The position numbers were made by a program, and so were the translations under genes. From NCBI GenBank assembly GCA_943704425.1, contig CALSCP010000313.1:66910-106573 (forward strand): 39,664 nt of DNA. Reading direction: 5' to 3'. Within the stretch, counting starts at the first letter, position 1; each line of letters begins with the position of its first letter. Below the pieces are notes generated by a model. The model was not told where the DNA came from. It saw only the letters and a list, made by a program, of their open reading frames with translations, and did not search any database. This document shows positions 8,550-20,600 of the stretch, piece after piece. This stretch comes from Ministeria vibrans ATCC 50519. Taxonomy: Eukaryota; Protista; Filasterea.

Positions 8550-9347
8550 TCAGAGAGGCTCACTTTCAACGCGATACACGGAAGAGTAGCGCTTGCGCAG
8601 CGACGTGTTAATGACACCGCATAGACCGAAAGCGGGAAGAATGCGGGCCCAGCGCGCGAGTACGGTGGGTGTGTACAGCTGTTTCAGGTAGAGCCAGCGT
8701 GCGGCGAGGGACGCTTGTGAGCCTTGGTTGTACAGTGAGAGACCCAAGATGTACAACGGCGTGTTGACCAGCTGCGCGGCACAGGGCACGATAAGCTGGC
8801 TTGCAGTCTCCGCCACGCCCGGCGTGATGCCCAGGCGATCGACGGCGCTCTCAGCGACCCGAGCGGGCAACACAAAACTGGCAGCGACAGTCACCGCATC
8901 GCGTGCCCCGTAGAGCGCAACTGCGGCAGGAGGCACCGGACGAGGCGAGCCCACGCCAAAGAGTCCAGAGAAGCGCTTGTCCTTCAGTGCGGAAAGGACA
9001 ATGTTGGCAAATGATGCGCCCACAAATTTCGCCAACAATGCTTCGTCGCGCTGCCTTTGGGCACGCAGAGCAATCAGCTCCATGCTGTTGGCGACCACAT
9101 AGGTGCCGCCGTACACCAGCATGATCCAGCGCGTCGCCGGCAGCGCTGCAAACTGCAGAGGGTGTCGCACTGCCTGCAGCACGCCACGCTTCAGCGAGGA
9201 CAGCAGCGACTCGCGTCCACTCGCATTCGAAAAGATGGCAGAGTCCACGATGGCGATGGCGGGCACCACCGATGAGGCGGACACGAGAGCGATCCCAACC
9301 TCAATGCAAAGGTCTTTGGCAAACGATGAGGAGTCGGCCGATGACAT
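8550..9347 (-). CDS. Small multi-pass membrane protein of an uncharacterised fungal/protist family, tentatively sideroflexin/mitochondrial-carrier-like
   Basis: Intronless 265-aa ORF with motifs PxIxIVDxAIxxNASG, YGGTYxxAN, KDxxF, RDxxTVxASF, QLVNTP, RILPAFG, recalled from this family; the Px(D/E)-like signatures are reminiscent of carriers. Confidence 0.6.
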   Translation of the reverse strand: MSSADSSSFAKDLCIEVGIALVSASSVVPAIAIVDSAIFSNASGRESLLSSLKRGVLQAVRHPLQFAALPATRWIMLVYGGTYVVANSMELIALRAQRQRDEALLAKFVGASFANIVLSALKDKRFSGLFGVGSPRPVPPAAVALYGARDAVTVAASFVLPARVAESAVDRLGITPGVAETASQLIVPCAAQLVNTPLYILGLSLYNQGSQASLAARWLYLKQLYTPTVLARWARILPAFGLCGVINTSLRKRYSSVYRVESEPL

Positions 9348-9403
9348 AATGCGTCGTCTGTAGAGCAGAATACACTCTCGTGGGATATATATAAATATAT
9401 GGT

Positions 9404-9432
9404 CACTACTCCGTAGGGAGTCAGGAGTAGTG
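9404..9432. promoter_or_regulatory. 9-bp inverted repeat (CACTACTCC...GGAGTAGTG) next to a TATA-like tract in a 200-bp divergent intergenic region
   Basis: Seen directly between the starts at 9347(-) and 9547(+); function inferred from position only. Confidence 0.3.
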
Positions 9433-9546
9433 GTTCACCAGAGACTTACACAAAAAAAAGACTGAATTAAAACTATAAATTAATACTGATAATCACTCGC
9501 GAAGTTATTCCTTTACCTTTCTCCGTTTGTTTTTTTACTTTTCTCG

Positions 9547-11020
9547 ATGCTATCGTGGGAACCCTCGCCGTTACGGGCGTCAATCGATGCCTACATTGAC
9601 GCTATTGATGGGACGCAGGACGTAGACGAGAGCAGCGCGCTCGTTGAATCGCTGTCACCACACGAATGTTGGGCAGTGCTGCGCATTCATTCAACGCTCG
9701 TTGCCAAGCATCTCGACCCTCTCATCACTTCTGCTTTGCATGCCTACCCTGATGTGAATGCACACGATCCCATCTCGGGAATGACACTGCTTCACTTTGC
9801 CGTTCGAGCCGGCGCAGACGCGTAAAGTATTTTCTTTTTTTGCTTGTTTTTGTTTCACAGTTTTGACGTTGATTGTTCGCTTCTGTGACAGCTTCCAACA
9901 CGCAAGCACTGCCGAAAAGTGTGTGCGCATGCTGCTCGAGCAAGGAGCCGATCCTGCGCGCCCCTGTACGCACGTCGGACTCACGCCTGTCCATCTCGCA
10001 GCCATGTTTGGCGCGTCATGTCCGCTGAAGGCGCTGCTCGAATCAACGAGCGCCCGCGACGCAGCAGGTCGTGGCGTCCCCAGCCATATGTGGGATGGAG
10101 CCACTGCGTTGCATCTGGCCGTCGAGAGCGACTCTATTGAGACGGTGCGTACGCTGGTAGAGACAGTGCCACTCAGTGTCAGTGCAACAAATACCAAAGG
10201 ACACACGGCCGCACAGAGTCTGCCTTTCTCGACGTTGGACCCTTCAAACCCCATTGCAGTGCTCGTCCAGGCATCGACAAATACAAAGAAGAGGCCGCCA
10301 CCGAAAACATCCCAACCAAAAGCGAAAAAATCGCTCCAGCTGCAGGTGGACACTGCCAGTGCGCATGCAACATCAACTCCACCAAGAACTGTCACCAAGA
10401 TTGTCTCACCACGCTCGGGTCGTCGTCGCAGCTCGGTTGATGTCGAGGGCGCGACAGGCGGCAGCTCGCGACGCAGCTCAAGCGTTTCAACATCGGGCGT
10501 CACCACCACACTGCGCTCTCCGCGCCGCTCCACTCTCACCTCGGGCATTCCTCGTCGCGTCGCCTCGCCGTCATCATCAACACGATCCGCCAGTCCAAGC
10601 ACCACCGGCACATCTACAGTGCCATCATCAATGACTGGTTGCTCTCCGAGACTGTCCACACCAGTCGACACGCACGGAAGCCGCATTCCACGACGAAGCA
10701 TGAGCCCCGAGAAGCGCACAAGGACACCCACCAACCCCACCACGACGAACAGCAGCGAACAATGCAATGCCAACGACGACTGCGAGCAGCCCGCACCACA
10801 TGTTGGTGAGTCAGTTGTTGTACGGCGCACGGGCGAAGTGGGCGTCGTGCGCTACGTCGGTGCGCTCCCCGACGCCCCTGGCCAGTGGCTGGGGGTTCAC
10901 CTTCCGTCTCCCGTCGGCAAGAACAATGGCGTTCTCAAGGGCAAGCGCTACTTCTCCTGTCCTCCAAAGCACGGCATCTTTGTGCGTGACGATGTTGTCT
11001 CTCCAGTCAAAAAAAAGTAA
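9547..11020 (+). CDS. Ankyrin-repeat plus CAP-Gly domain protein (CLIP3/CLIP4-like); intron 9822-9891
   Basis: Ankyrin motifs GMTLLHFAV, GLTPVHLAA, GATALHLAV; Ser/Thr/Arg-rich linker; CAP-Gly GVVRYVG...WLGV...GKNNG...YFSCPPKHGIFV. The GT-AG intron joins the frames correctly. Confidence 0.9.
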
Positions 11021-11085
11021 AGAGGCTTTTTTTTATGATAAAGCATGTTTGTTTGTTGTTTTCTTCATTTCGCACACACTCTTTT

Positions 11086-14000
11086 TCAGCGGCCTTTGTT
11101 CCGTAATGACATTGTGTGACGCTACAGAATAAAAAAAATCAGACAAAGGGACGATAGAGAGAAGAGAGAAAAAAGTAACAAAGTGGTAGAGACAGAGAGA
11201 ATAACACAAGCAATAAAGAGAGAGAAGGGAAAAAGAAACAAAGCGATGAACAAAGTGATGGAGAGAGACAGGAGGGAGAAAGAGATAAAGTGATGAACAA
11301 AGTGATGGAGAGAGACAGGAGGGAGAAAGAGATAAAGTGATGAACAAAGTGATGGAGAGAGAGAGGGAGAGAGAGAGGGAGAGGAGAAAGAAACAAAGCG
11401 ATAGAGAGAGAGAGAGAGAGGAGAAAGAAACAAAGCGACAGAGAGAGAGAGGAGAAAGAAACAAAGCGATAGAGAGAGAGGAGAAAGAAACAAAGTGATA
11501 GAGAGAGAGAAACAAAAGTGACAGAGAGAAAAACAAGTGTAGAGAGAAAAACAAACTGATAGACAGAAAAGAGAAGGAGATTGAGCAAGTCTATACCTTG
11601 CGAGCACTGGTGGAGAGACCAGAGGGAGTGGCGGTAGCGGTGGCGGAGCGCGGCGGAGACGCAAACGAGAGAGGGCTGTCCGACTGCAGAGCGCGTGTCT
11701 CTACTTCATCTCTGCATTGCAAAAATCCATTTCAATAAATGAATGATTGATCGTTTGCTTGCGTTGTGGCCTTACTTGGCTGAACGAGTGGAGCGACGTG
11801 GACGCAGCTTGACAGAGAGTGGCGTGGCTTCGGCTGCTGCAGGGGTGCTCTTGGTCGCTGCTCGTGTGCTCGCACGTGTAGAGGGTGTGGTGGACGCTCC
11901 AATGTCCAGCACAACCGGGCGACTACGTAAAACAATCGTGAATTTTTGTTTAGTTTTAGTTTAGTTTAGTTTTTTTTTTTTTTTGAAATACATGGGAGTG
12001 CCGGTAGCAAGACGCGTGACAGGTCGGGACGGAGGAGAGACGGCGCGCTTCTCCGTCTTGCGTTTGGGCGTAAAGGTAAGTCGAGTGGGCACGGGTGCCT
12101 CGTCGAGCATGGTTGTCTCGTCGGCGAGGCCCTCATCGGTCGAGCTGGAGGGCTCCTTCACTGCGACATTGGGTGTGGTGGCTTCGGTCGCGGCCGCCAG
12201 AGCCTGTGCGTCGGCTGCCGCCCGCTCCGCCTGCTCTGCACGTTGGCCTTCTTGTTCATGTGCAAGGCGACGAGCACGCTCATCGTCTTCGCGCTGCTTA
12301 GCCTCCTGTTGCTGATGTCGCGCCGCCATGAGTTGCTCCATGGTGCTGGTGATGGAGCCAGCGCCGGCGTCGGCCACGATGAGCTGTTCGTCGGGGCGAG
12401 TCGCATTGACAGGTGGTGCCTCGCCGGTGAACTGGACACGTTTTGGTGCATCAGCTGTCTCGTGGACCGTCGTGGCGTGTCGACCGCGCAGGCGAGTGCG
12501 TCGTGGGGGCGTTTTGAGTCGCTGTCGTTGCATCGCATCCTCGACGCCAGTCTGCACGGGGTTGGTGGTTGCGTTGGGAACTGTGCTGACGGCCTTTTTC
12601 AAAATCGACTGCGGCGTGCGTAGTGTCGTCGTGGACGAGGCAGTCGCTGTGCGTACGGGCGTTTGTGGCAGCTCAGACACATCAAAGGAGGAGAGCAACG
12701 ACAACGCTGGCATTGGTGGCGAGTGTGCATAGGCAACTGCACCACTGCGCAACAAAGGCGAGGCAGCAGCGGCGGTGTTGGGACGTGAGGGTGTTTTCGG
12801 TCGCTGATGCGGCGTTGTCGTTGTTGTTGTGGTGCCAAGAGGTATTGGCGACGTGGAGTTGGCAGTTGCGACGGTGGCGACGAGTGCCTGTCGTTTGGGG
12901 GTGGGAAACAACAGGGTTGTTTTACGAGCACTGCGTTGAGGGGTGCGCGAGGGTGTCATGGGTGGACCGCAAAAGGGCTCCGGCGGCGTCGTGGTCGTTG
13001 TCGCGGTACTCGTTGCGTCACCGGTCGTGTCCATTGCGCTACGACCAAATGCCGTCAGCACACGATCACTTCGCGCCTTGGCTGGCGTCGTGGTTAAGGT
13101 CTTCGCCGTGGACGAGGCAACTTCCAAATCCTGTCGCGTGTCCACCACCTGACTCATGACCGCCCGGATGAGTGCGGTGCGTGCGTCACCGCGAGGTACC
13201 GCTGTTCTCTTGTCGTGCAACAGGGTGACGGAGAGCGGTTGGGGACGACGGTGGACGCCCGCGTGCGACGATGATGAAGAAGCTGCCTGGACGCGATCGA
13301 CAAACGACTGCGATGCGGACGACGAGGGGGCGGCCGCTGGCAGTGCAAATGAGGCGGCGGTGAGTTCGCGCTGAACAGCAGGTAACATGGAACGACAGGC
13401 GGTCGCAATGGCGTTGCGCGCTGCCGTTGAGTGTGGCGTGGCTGCGACGTTTTCGGTGCGCAAAGCGTCGTTGAGACGCGAAGCTTCGACACAGCGACGA
13501 CGCTGTACGTAGAACATGAGCAGGTGCTCGCGAGCGGCGGGCGAGCCTTGCTGTTTGAAGAAGCGCACAAAGGCCGCCTCTTCGGTTGCGTCGAGTGGCA
13601 TTTGCAAAATGTCGGCCATGCGGCCGTGACGCTGACAGCCTCGGAAGAGGTGGAAAAGGAGAAGTTCACCGGCGGCATCGTGGGTGCCGATGGAGGCGAG
13701 AGTGCGCGCGTGGTGGCGCTGAAACTCAAAGGCTTCGCTGACTAGACCGCACGCCATAAGAGCACGCATGGCCGAGACACCGCCTGCGGCGGTCGTGAGC
13801 GACGATCGTGCAGCACGGAAGTAGGCGAGGGCACAGGGCGCCGGCGGTGCAGCACTTGCGCCGCTTGCCAGTGTCTTGAGATCGTCGTCAAGGTCGACCA
13901 AGGCGCGCAGTACAGTCTCGGAATGATCGCGAGACTGTGCTGAGGGATGGCACAAGTCTAGGGTGGCGCGCGGGTCGTGGCAGTCAAGCAACCAAAACCC

Positions 14001-15296
14001 ACGGAGGGTACGTGCCAAGCCCGGAGAGATGGCGAAGGCGCGAGCAAACGAGCGAAGCATGTTGGGCGACGCGTCAAGGTCAAGTAGAAGGTAGTAGACA
14101 AGCTGACGTTTGCCGGCAACCTTGCCGGGTGCACCAATGGCAAAGATCTCGAGCATTTCTGTGATAGACTCGGGTGGATATTGAATGTTGGATCCGGGTG
14201 CGAGGCGATCGACCAGGAGTCGTTGTGGTTTCGGCACGCCACTGCACTGCTTGTCCTTGTCGTCATCGTCGTCGTCGTCATCGTGGTTGCCGTGCTGGTA
14301 GGCGCGAGCGCGCGCCTCTCGTCGTGTCTGGACCTTGAGGGCGAGGGACGGGGCAGGGAATTTGAATTGGTTGGGCAGAGCGAGAGCGACGGAGAGTTGT
14401 TCGGGAAGGAACTCGTGATGGACGAGCCAAGTGAGCATTTCGACATACTGGCTGACGCGCAAGAGGTCGTCCAGACGACGCTCGAGTTCGCGCGAACCTT
14501 CTTCGGTAGAGTCGCGCGAGAGAAACGCCTGGAAAATGGTGTAGAGGTAGCCAAGGCGAGTGAAGGCGGCGTCGAGCAAAGCAAGGGTACGGCGACGCAA
14601 GTAGGCGTCAAAGGGAGACGCGTGACTGCCGGAGCGCAAAAGCGTGAGTGCACTTTCGATGCGCTCACGTACATTGCCATACACGTCCCAGGCCCAGTCG
14701 AGGACAGGACGAGCGTCGGTTGCGTAGACGGGCGCGTCCACATTGACGCCACTAGAGGTGAGGGCAGTGGCGGGGGTTGTTGCGGCGCCAACAACACCAT
14801 CGGAGACGACAGTCAGCGTGATATACTTGCAAATAAGCGCCACAAGGTTGTGCTCAAAGCAAACGTCAAACAGACGGGCACGGTGAGCAGCGAGATCATC
14901 GGCAGGCAGGTCTGCGGTGGCAAGGATGAGGCCAGTGCGACGTGCGGCCACATACGCGGCATAGGGATCAATCATGGCGGCGGGACCTTGGGCAACAAGA
15001 TCATGCAACTGTTGCTCCTGCTGACCGTAGAGGACAGCGCTTCCGGCAGCCTCGCTAAGCAAAAAGCGCACCTCGTACGTGAATGAGTCGGTCCAATAGT
15101 TTGGATTGTCGACGGCGGGCGAGTCGATGTGAGCACAGCCACCAACAAAGTCACTTGAAAAATCGTGGACGGTGCTCGTGTCAACCCACACGTCAAGAAC
15201 CGGTCCACCCTGCGGATCCAGCTCCGTCAACGAGTGTTCCGCAAAGAACCCTACCATAAAAGAGTAATGAAAAGCAATATTAAATTAATACTATTA

Positions 15297-15358
<62 letters not shown>

Positions 15359-16805
15359 TTATTATTATTATTATAATTATTATTATTATTATTATTATCA
15401 CTATTATTATTATTATGTATATGGTCGACGTACCACAACCACGATCGATGGGATGCTGGCGCGCCGAATACCAGCGACCCGTGTCAAAGATGGCAATGGA
15501 AGTTGCAAGGGTGTTGTTGCGTTGAAGACTCTCCCAGACAAAGTAGCAGCGATTGGGTTCGCCGGAGCGAGCGTCGGCCAGCGCACGGGCACTAATGACA
15601 CGACTTGCCACGGCGTCACGACCGGAGATGAGAGGATGCGACATTTTGTCAAAGACATTTTTGACATCGAGGTAGACTATGCGCGACAAAGAGGACGGCC
15701 CGTCAGCGGTCGTGCTTGTGTCCATAGCGTCGAGAGAGGCGACGACGGGCTCTGCTTCAAATTCGATTTGGTACAATGAGAGGCGAGCAAAGGAGGAGGA
15801 GGAGGCGCTGGAGTCGTCATGGCGAACGCTGGCGGCGTCGTCAGGCAACGACTCGCAACCTTGGCACACCCAGAGATGACCAAAGGGCACGTCGTCTTGG
15901 GGCATGACAAAGACAAAGGAAGTGATGGGCGAGTCGGGAACGTTGCCCATGGTCGATAGGGCGAGTAGACCGGTGCGCATGGAGTAGGCGAGGAAGCCGC
16001 CGAAGCGAAAGCCTACACAGAGAAGGGCCACCTCGGGCACGTGAACAATACTGGTGACACAGGCGTCAGCACCACGCGCGACACACAAAGGTTCGGGCGA
16101 GCCGTCGGCCATGGGGTGGCGGTAGGTGGAGCTGGAGGGTGAGGAGAAGCAGGCGTCGTTGAGTTCAAAGTAGAGGCGTTGATCGCGCTTGCGCAGGTGC
16201 CGCCCGCGACGCCGAGGCGAGGTTGGAACACCATCAGCGTCAAATTCTGTAGCGTCGGCTGTCTCGGCAGCGACGCGAGGGGCGGGCACGCCTGTGGCGC
16301 GAACAAAGTCAGCACGCGACGAGTCGTACGCCAGGTCGACGAGCAGCAAACGACCGTTTTCGCCAGCGACGGCAAAGACGGTGTCGTCGTTGCCGTCGGC
16401 GACACCTAGGCTGCGACGCAGGGCGGCGTCGCGATGGTACTGATGGTCGCAGGGCACGGGGATGACGGCAGACACGCGGTAGGGCAGGGAGCAGGAGAGG
16501 ACGACGCGCGACGAGGAGATGTCGAAGAGCACGACACGGCCGCCACGGCCCTCGACAAGGCCGATCGCAAGCATGGGCACGCCGTACACAACGGCCTCCT
16601 CGACCGCCGTGATGTACGTGTCGGCCGTGTCGACTGCATACGCGCAGACGGTCGCGCCCGAACGAACATTGACACAGTGCATTTGTGACTCGTGCGCACG
16701 CCAAGCCCAGCGGCCTCCGTGGCACACCGCGCCCGTCAGCAAATCACCGCTGCCCGGCACAACAAAGCGCGTTGTCTGGGCAACGAGGCGCGTTGCGGGA
16801 GCCAT
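11086..16805 (-). CDS. AHCTF1: Nucleoporin ELYS/AHCTF1 homolog, 5 exons
   Basis: N-terminal beta-propeller-like region, ELYS helical domain (YPP, YYLLLD, GFWLLD, EAFEFQR, LPLDxxEE-like), disordered S/T-P-rich tail. Introns at 15251-15433, 11923-11991, about 11712-11775 and 11122-11596 splice in frame to end ...ARKRHTMSLRNKGR*. Confidence 0.82.
11140..11580. repeat. Intronic GA/CT-rich minisatellite (unit approx. GAGAGAGGAGAAAGAAACAAAGTGATA)
   Basis: Seen directly; related arrays at 29190-29410, 30440-30540 and 31170-31370. Confidence 0.85.
15297..15416. repeat. Intronic (TTA)n microsatellite
   Basis: Seen directly in ELYS intron 1. Confidence 0.95.
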
Positions 16806-16914
16806 TCAATTATTTTTGATTTTTGAAAAGAAAAAAAAAGTGGATTATTTTCTATTTTTTTGATGATTATTGTTCAAACATTTGTGGAGATTGGAGGGAG
16901 GGTGATGGTTGAGA

Positions 16915-17318
16915 AGATGGTTGGGGTGATGGGGTTTCTGGAGGGGAATGGAATGGAGGAGGAGGTGTTGCGACTGTTGGTGACTGGGAGGAGGACGAGG
17001 GAGGATGGTGTGGTGGGGAAGGATGAGTTTGATGTTGCGTTGGATGCACTGCGACAGATGTCGATCGTGAATGTGAATCGGAATGTGTCGCGAATGCATC
17101 GGTTGGTGCAGGATGTGTGTCGGGCGGTGGCGTTTGGAGATGAGGATGAGCGGTGGGATGCGCTGCAGCGGCTTGGGAAAGTGTTGAAGGAAGAGATCGA
17201 TGATGAGAAGAAGGTGTATGATGATGGAATGGAGTCGTGTGGTGGGAGTGCATGGGATGCGAGTGTTGGGTTGGGCGAGGGGGGAGGTAGAGGAGAGGAG
17301 GGGAACGGGAAATACTGA
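16915..17318 (+). pseudogene. Fragment of a STAND/NB-ARC (NLR-like) gene, winged-helix region
   Basis: ALDALRQMSIV...RMHRLVQDV matches the LxxxSL...MHRLVQ winged-helix motif of NB-ARC/TPR proteins. No P-loop upstream and no TPRs downstream; probable frameshift near 17220. Confidence 0.55.
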
Positions 17319-17432
17319 GGAGTATGAGGGTGGTGTTGTGTGGCTATCACAGCCTGAGCCCTGAGAACGACTCAATATCGAGTTCAAACCCACAATTCAA
17401 TTTTATTTTTGATCAGTCTCAAATAATAATAA

Positions 17433-17491
17433 CTGGCTGTGTCTTCGCGTGGTGACTGTATCATTAATAAATGGGTTGTATTCTTCTTCTT
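17433..17491 (+). repeat. Dispersed approx. 59-bp repeat, copy 1
   Basis: First 32 bp identical to 33860-33891; 17459-17490 is the exact reverse complement of 23472-23503. Confidence 0.85.
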
Positions 17492-17624
17492 CTTCAAATA
17501 ATAATAATTTATTGCAGACATAATAGCATAATTATTAAGCATTCCTCGTCTTCTACTCGTTACTACGATGGTTCGGGGATTAAGGAAATGGATAAAATGT
17601 AATGGAAATTCAATCACTCCTCAA

Positions 17625-20600
17625 TCACAAGACAGAGGACGTGAGCTCCTCCAGCTCCGCACCAACCTCTCGCAGTGGTGAGCCCAAGAGAATGTCAGCA
17701 CTCATCATTTGCGCCAGTGTCAAGCGCAACTCCGTGAAGCTGGGTCGCTGACGCGAATCCATGTGCCAGCAACGTACCATGAGATCGTAGCATGAGTCGG
17801 GACACTCGCGCGGTTTGGTAAGACGCTTTCCGTCGCGCAGACTCGGAGCCAAGTCACGTGCAGTGACTCTTCGGTACGGGCGCACAGTGCCAAAGGTCAT
17901 CACCTCCCACATCACCACACCAAACGACCACACGTCAGTTTTGCTGGAGAACTTGCGGAATTCAAGTGACTCAAGGGCCATCCAGCGCACCGGCAGCTTG
18001 CCTCGCGTCTTCACACGGTAATAGTTGTCGGCGTCCATGCGACGCGACAGTCCAAAGTCCGCCACTTTAATGGCCGAGCCCTGGCACACCAAACAGTTAC
18101 GGGCTGCTAACTGAATGCAACAGAAGTGAGACAAGTGTGAGCCAGGTGATTTGTTTGTTTCGGGGTTTTTTTGTTTACGTCACGGTGCACAAAAGATAGA
18201 CTCGCCAGGTAAGCCATGCCCAAACTGATTTGCATCAGCATGTTCAGCTGCTCAGCATAGTTCACTTCAAGCCCTTCGCATGTTGCACAGAGACGCAAGA
18301 AGTTGCGCAAGTCACCATGAGAGCAATACTACAATATTAATTTTTTAATCACAAAGACACTCAGCAGTCTTAATCTTCATATTTTCTACCTCAATGATGA
18401 TGAGATACGGCTCATTGTGGATACACGTCCCCACTAGACCAAGGACGTTTGGGTGCTTGAATGTCGCCAGCAGCTCCGCCTCGGACAGGTAGTCTTCCCG
18501 CTCCTTTTCCGTTGCTCCGTCCTTGAGGGTTTTCACTGCGACGTACTTGGCATTCAGACCGTGCTCGTCGACCGCAGCCGCTTTAAGAACCACTCCAAAC
18601 TCACCCTTGCCAATTTCTTCAATGAAACTGAGTCGGGCGCGGTCGAAATGGAACTGATCGACTTTGCTGTTGTCGAAAGGGAAGTGGGAATCCGTGTCGG
18701 TGTCGTCCAACTTGCTCGCTTGCTTGTTAGCCGACTCCCCTGTGCGGCGCACGGTGCCATACTTGTCAAACTCGTTTTTCTCCTCATCTGCACCCTTCCG
18801 GAAGGGGTTAATGATGCGTGAGTTTGGCCGCCCGCCGTGCGACTTGATCGTCTGGTATATCTCCTCGACGTTGCCGGTGCGCACTCGCCTCTCGTATGAC
18901 TCGTAATCGTCGTGCGCCTCTCCAATCATGGAGTGCCGGACCGGACCGGGCTTCAACGCGCCATACTCAACTCGGGCTGGTCGTTCATATGCGCTCTCAT
19001 TCACGTACGCCGCTTCTTCGTTCATGTCTGACTGTTCAGCCTTGTCTTTGAAGGAGGGGAGAACGCTTCTCGTCGAACCGTCGGTCGACATCTGGTGCAA
19101 ATCATCAAGCGCTGGCACTCCTGTTGACCCATACAGCTGTGAGCCTCCTGCTGAAGACACTTCGTCGAGAGCAGGCACACCAGCCGAGGAGTGCATCGAG
19201 GTACCATACTGGGAGACTGAGCCAAGACTCGGCGGTGCAGTGCCCAGCGAAGCGTACGTCGAGAACTCCTCGTGCGGTGCGATCCTCACAGGCTCTTCCC
19301 GTAACATGATTGCAGGGTGGTTCTCGCTAACACCGTAGAGCTCACGCAGGTTCACAATATCAACACGTTGGCCCGGTGTCACCATGATTGTTCCGGCCGA
19401 GTAAAAGGAGGGATCGGCCTTCTGCGAGAGCATCATCCTCTTGGCGGTTGGCGGCGCTTCCTCGTCTTTCATCTTAGATTGCAACAGTTTCAACTCTCGT
19501 GGCTCAATATCTGTCGCATCGTTTGCCTGCATGTCCGTTCGCGACTGCAAAAACTCCAGCTGGCGCGGTTCAATATCGGCCATGTTGATCATGCCACTCT
19601 GCTGCGACTCGAGCATCTCTTGGTGCAAGTGCATCTGCGACAGGTGCGCCAGAGTGTGGCGCCCTCCGCCCAGCTTGTCACGGCGACGCAGCAACAGAAC
19701 CACAACGACAACAGCAACGACAACAACGCCGACAATCGCACCGGCAATGACCACACCGCCGCCCGACGCACTCGCCGCAGTGCCACTACCACCACTGGCT
19801 GTCACACCGTTCGGGTTGGTCACACCACCAAAAGCAGTCACTATTGAAAAGTGACTCATGTCACCCTCGACATAGCCCCCGTCCAGATCCACCACTAGAC
19901 CAACCACGTGCTCCCAGCTGTCGCCACCCGTACCAAACATGATTGTAATGTTCGACATGGGATCCGACGGCGAGTACGAGCCGGCGTTGAGCGACAGACG
20001 GACCTTGATGGCGGTATTCCATGTGCGCGACGGTCGCAAGCGATACCATTCGGACTTGCCGCCCATGACACCCGCGGGTGCATGTGTACGACATGACGGG
20101 GGATAGTCTTCAATCTTGAAGAGCTCGAAAGCCGAACCGAATCCCACAGGAATCACAAGCGAAACGAGACCGTCCGGCGATGAGACCACACCGCCCAAGG
20201 CGGGATTCACCACCTGCTGTGCGAGAATACTTGTGTCGCAGCCAAATTCGCACAGGGCCACATCGCCCGCCACAAGCACGTATGTGTTGTTGGTAGCACA
20301 CTCGTAGGCAAACGATGCAGCTCCCGCTACACGACCGTTCGTGGTGAATCCCGAGTCGCACATGTACGTCAGTCGTTCTCTAGTGCGAACCACTCCTGAA
20401 GGCAACTGCGACGCAATGTTCTCCGTGTGCACCGGCTTGCTTCCGGTGCAAGCCATAGCCTGACACGTTCCGTTCGTTCTAAATGTGCCCGCCGCGATGC
20501 AGTTGGATGTTACCACAGTGGCGCCAGTGCGTGTGCCGTCCAGTGAGTAGCCGGCGTTGCACATGTACGTGACAGTCTGACCATAGGTGAGGTCGCTCGA

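Noticed and set aside
3427-9347. Bacterial contaminant contig
   Set aside because: No N gap separates it from intron-containing genes, the intergenic DNA is host-like, there is no operon structure, and the DAB has a presequence-like extension. Read-level confirmation is still needed.
9691-10830. Long antisense ORFs (also 14181-15086, 36075-37053 and others)
   Set aside because: Shadow frames of GC-rich coding sequence on the opposite strand.
11033-11664. Hydrophobic L/S/F-rich ORFs (also near 29200 and 31200)
   Set aside because: Translations of intronic CT minisatellites.
17340-17400. tRNA-derived SINE suggested by a B-box-like GTTCAAACCC
   Set aside because: No cloverleaf and no convincing A box.
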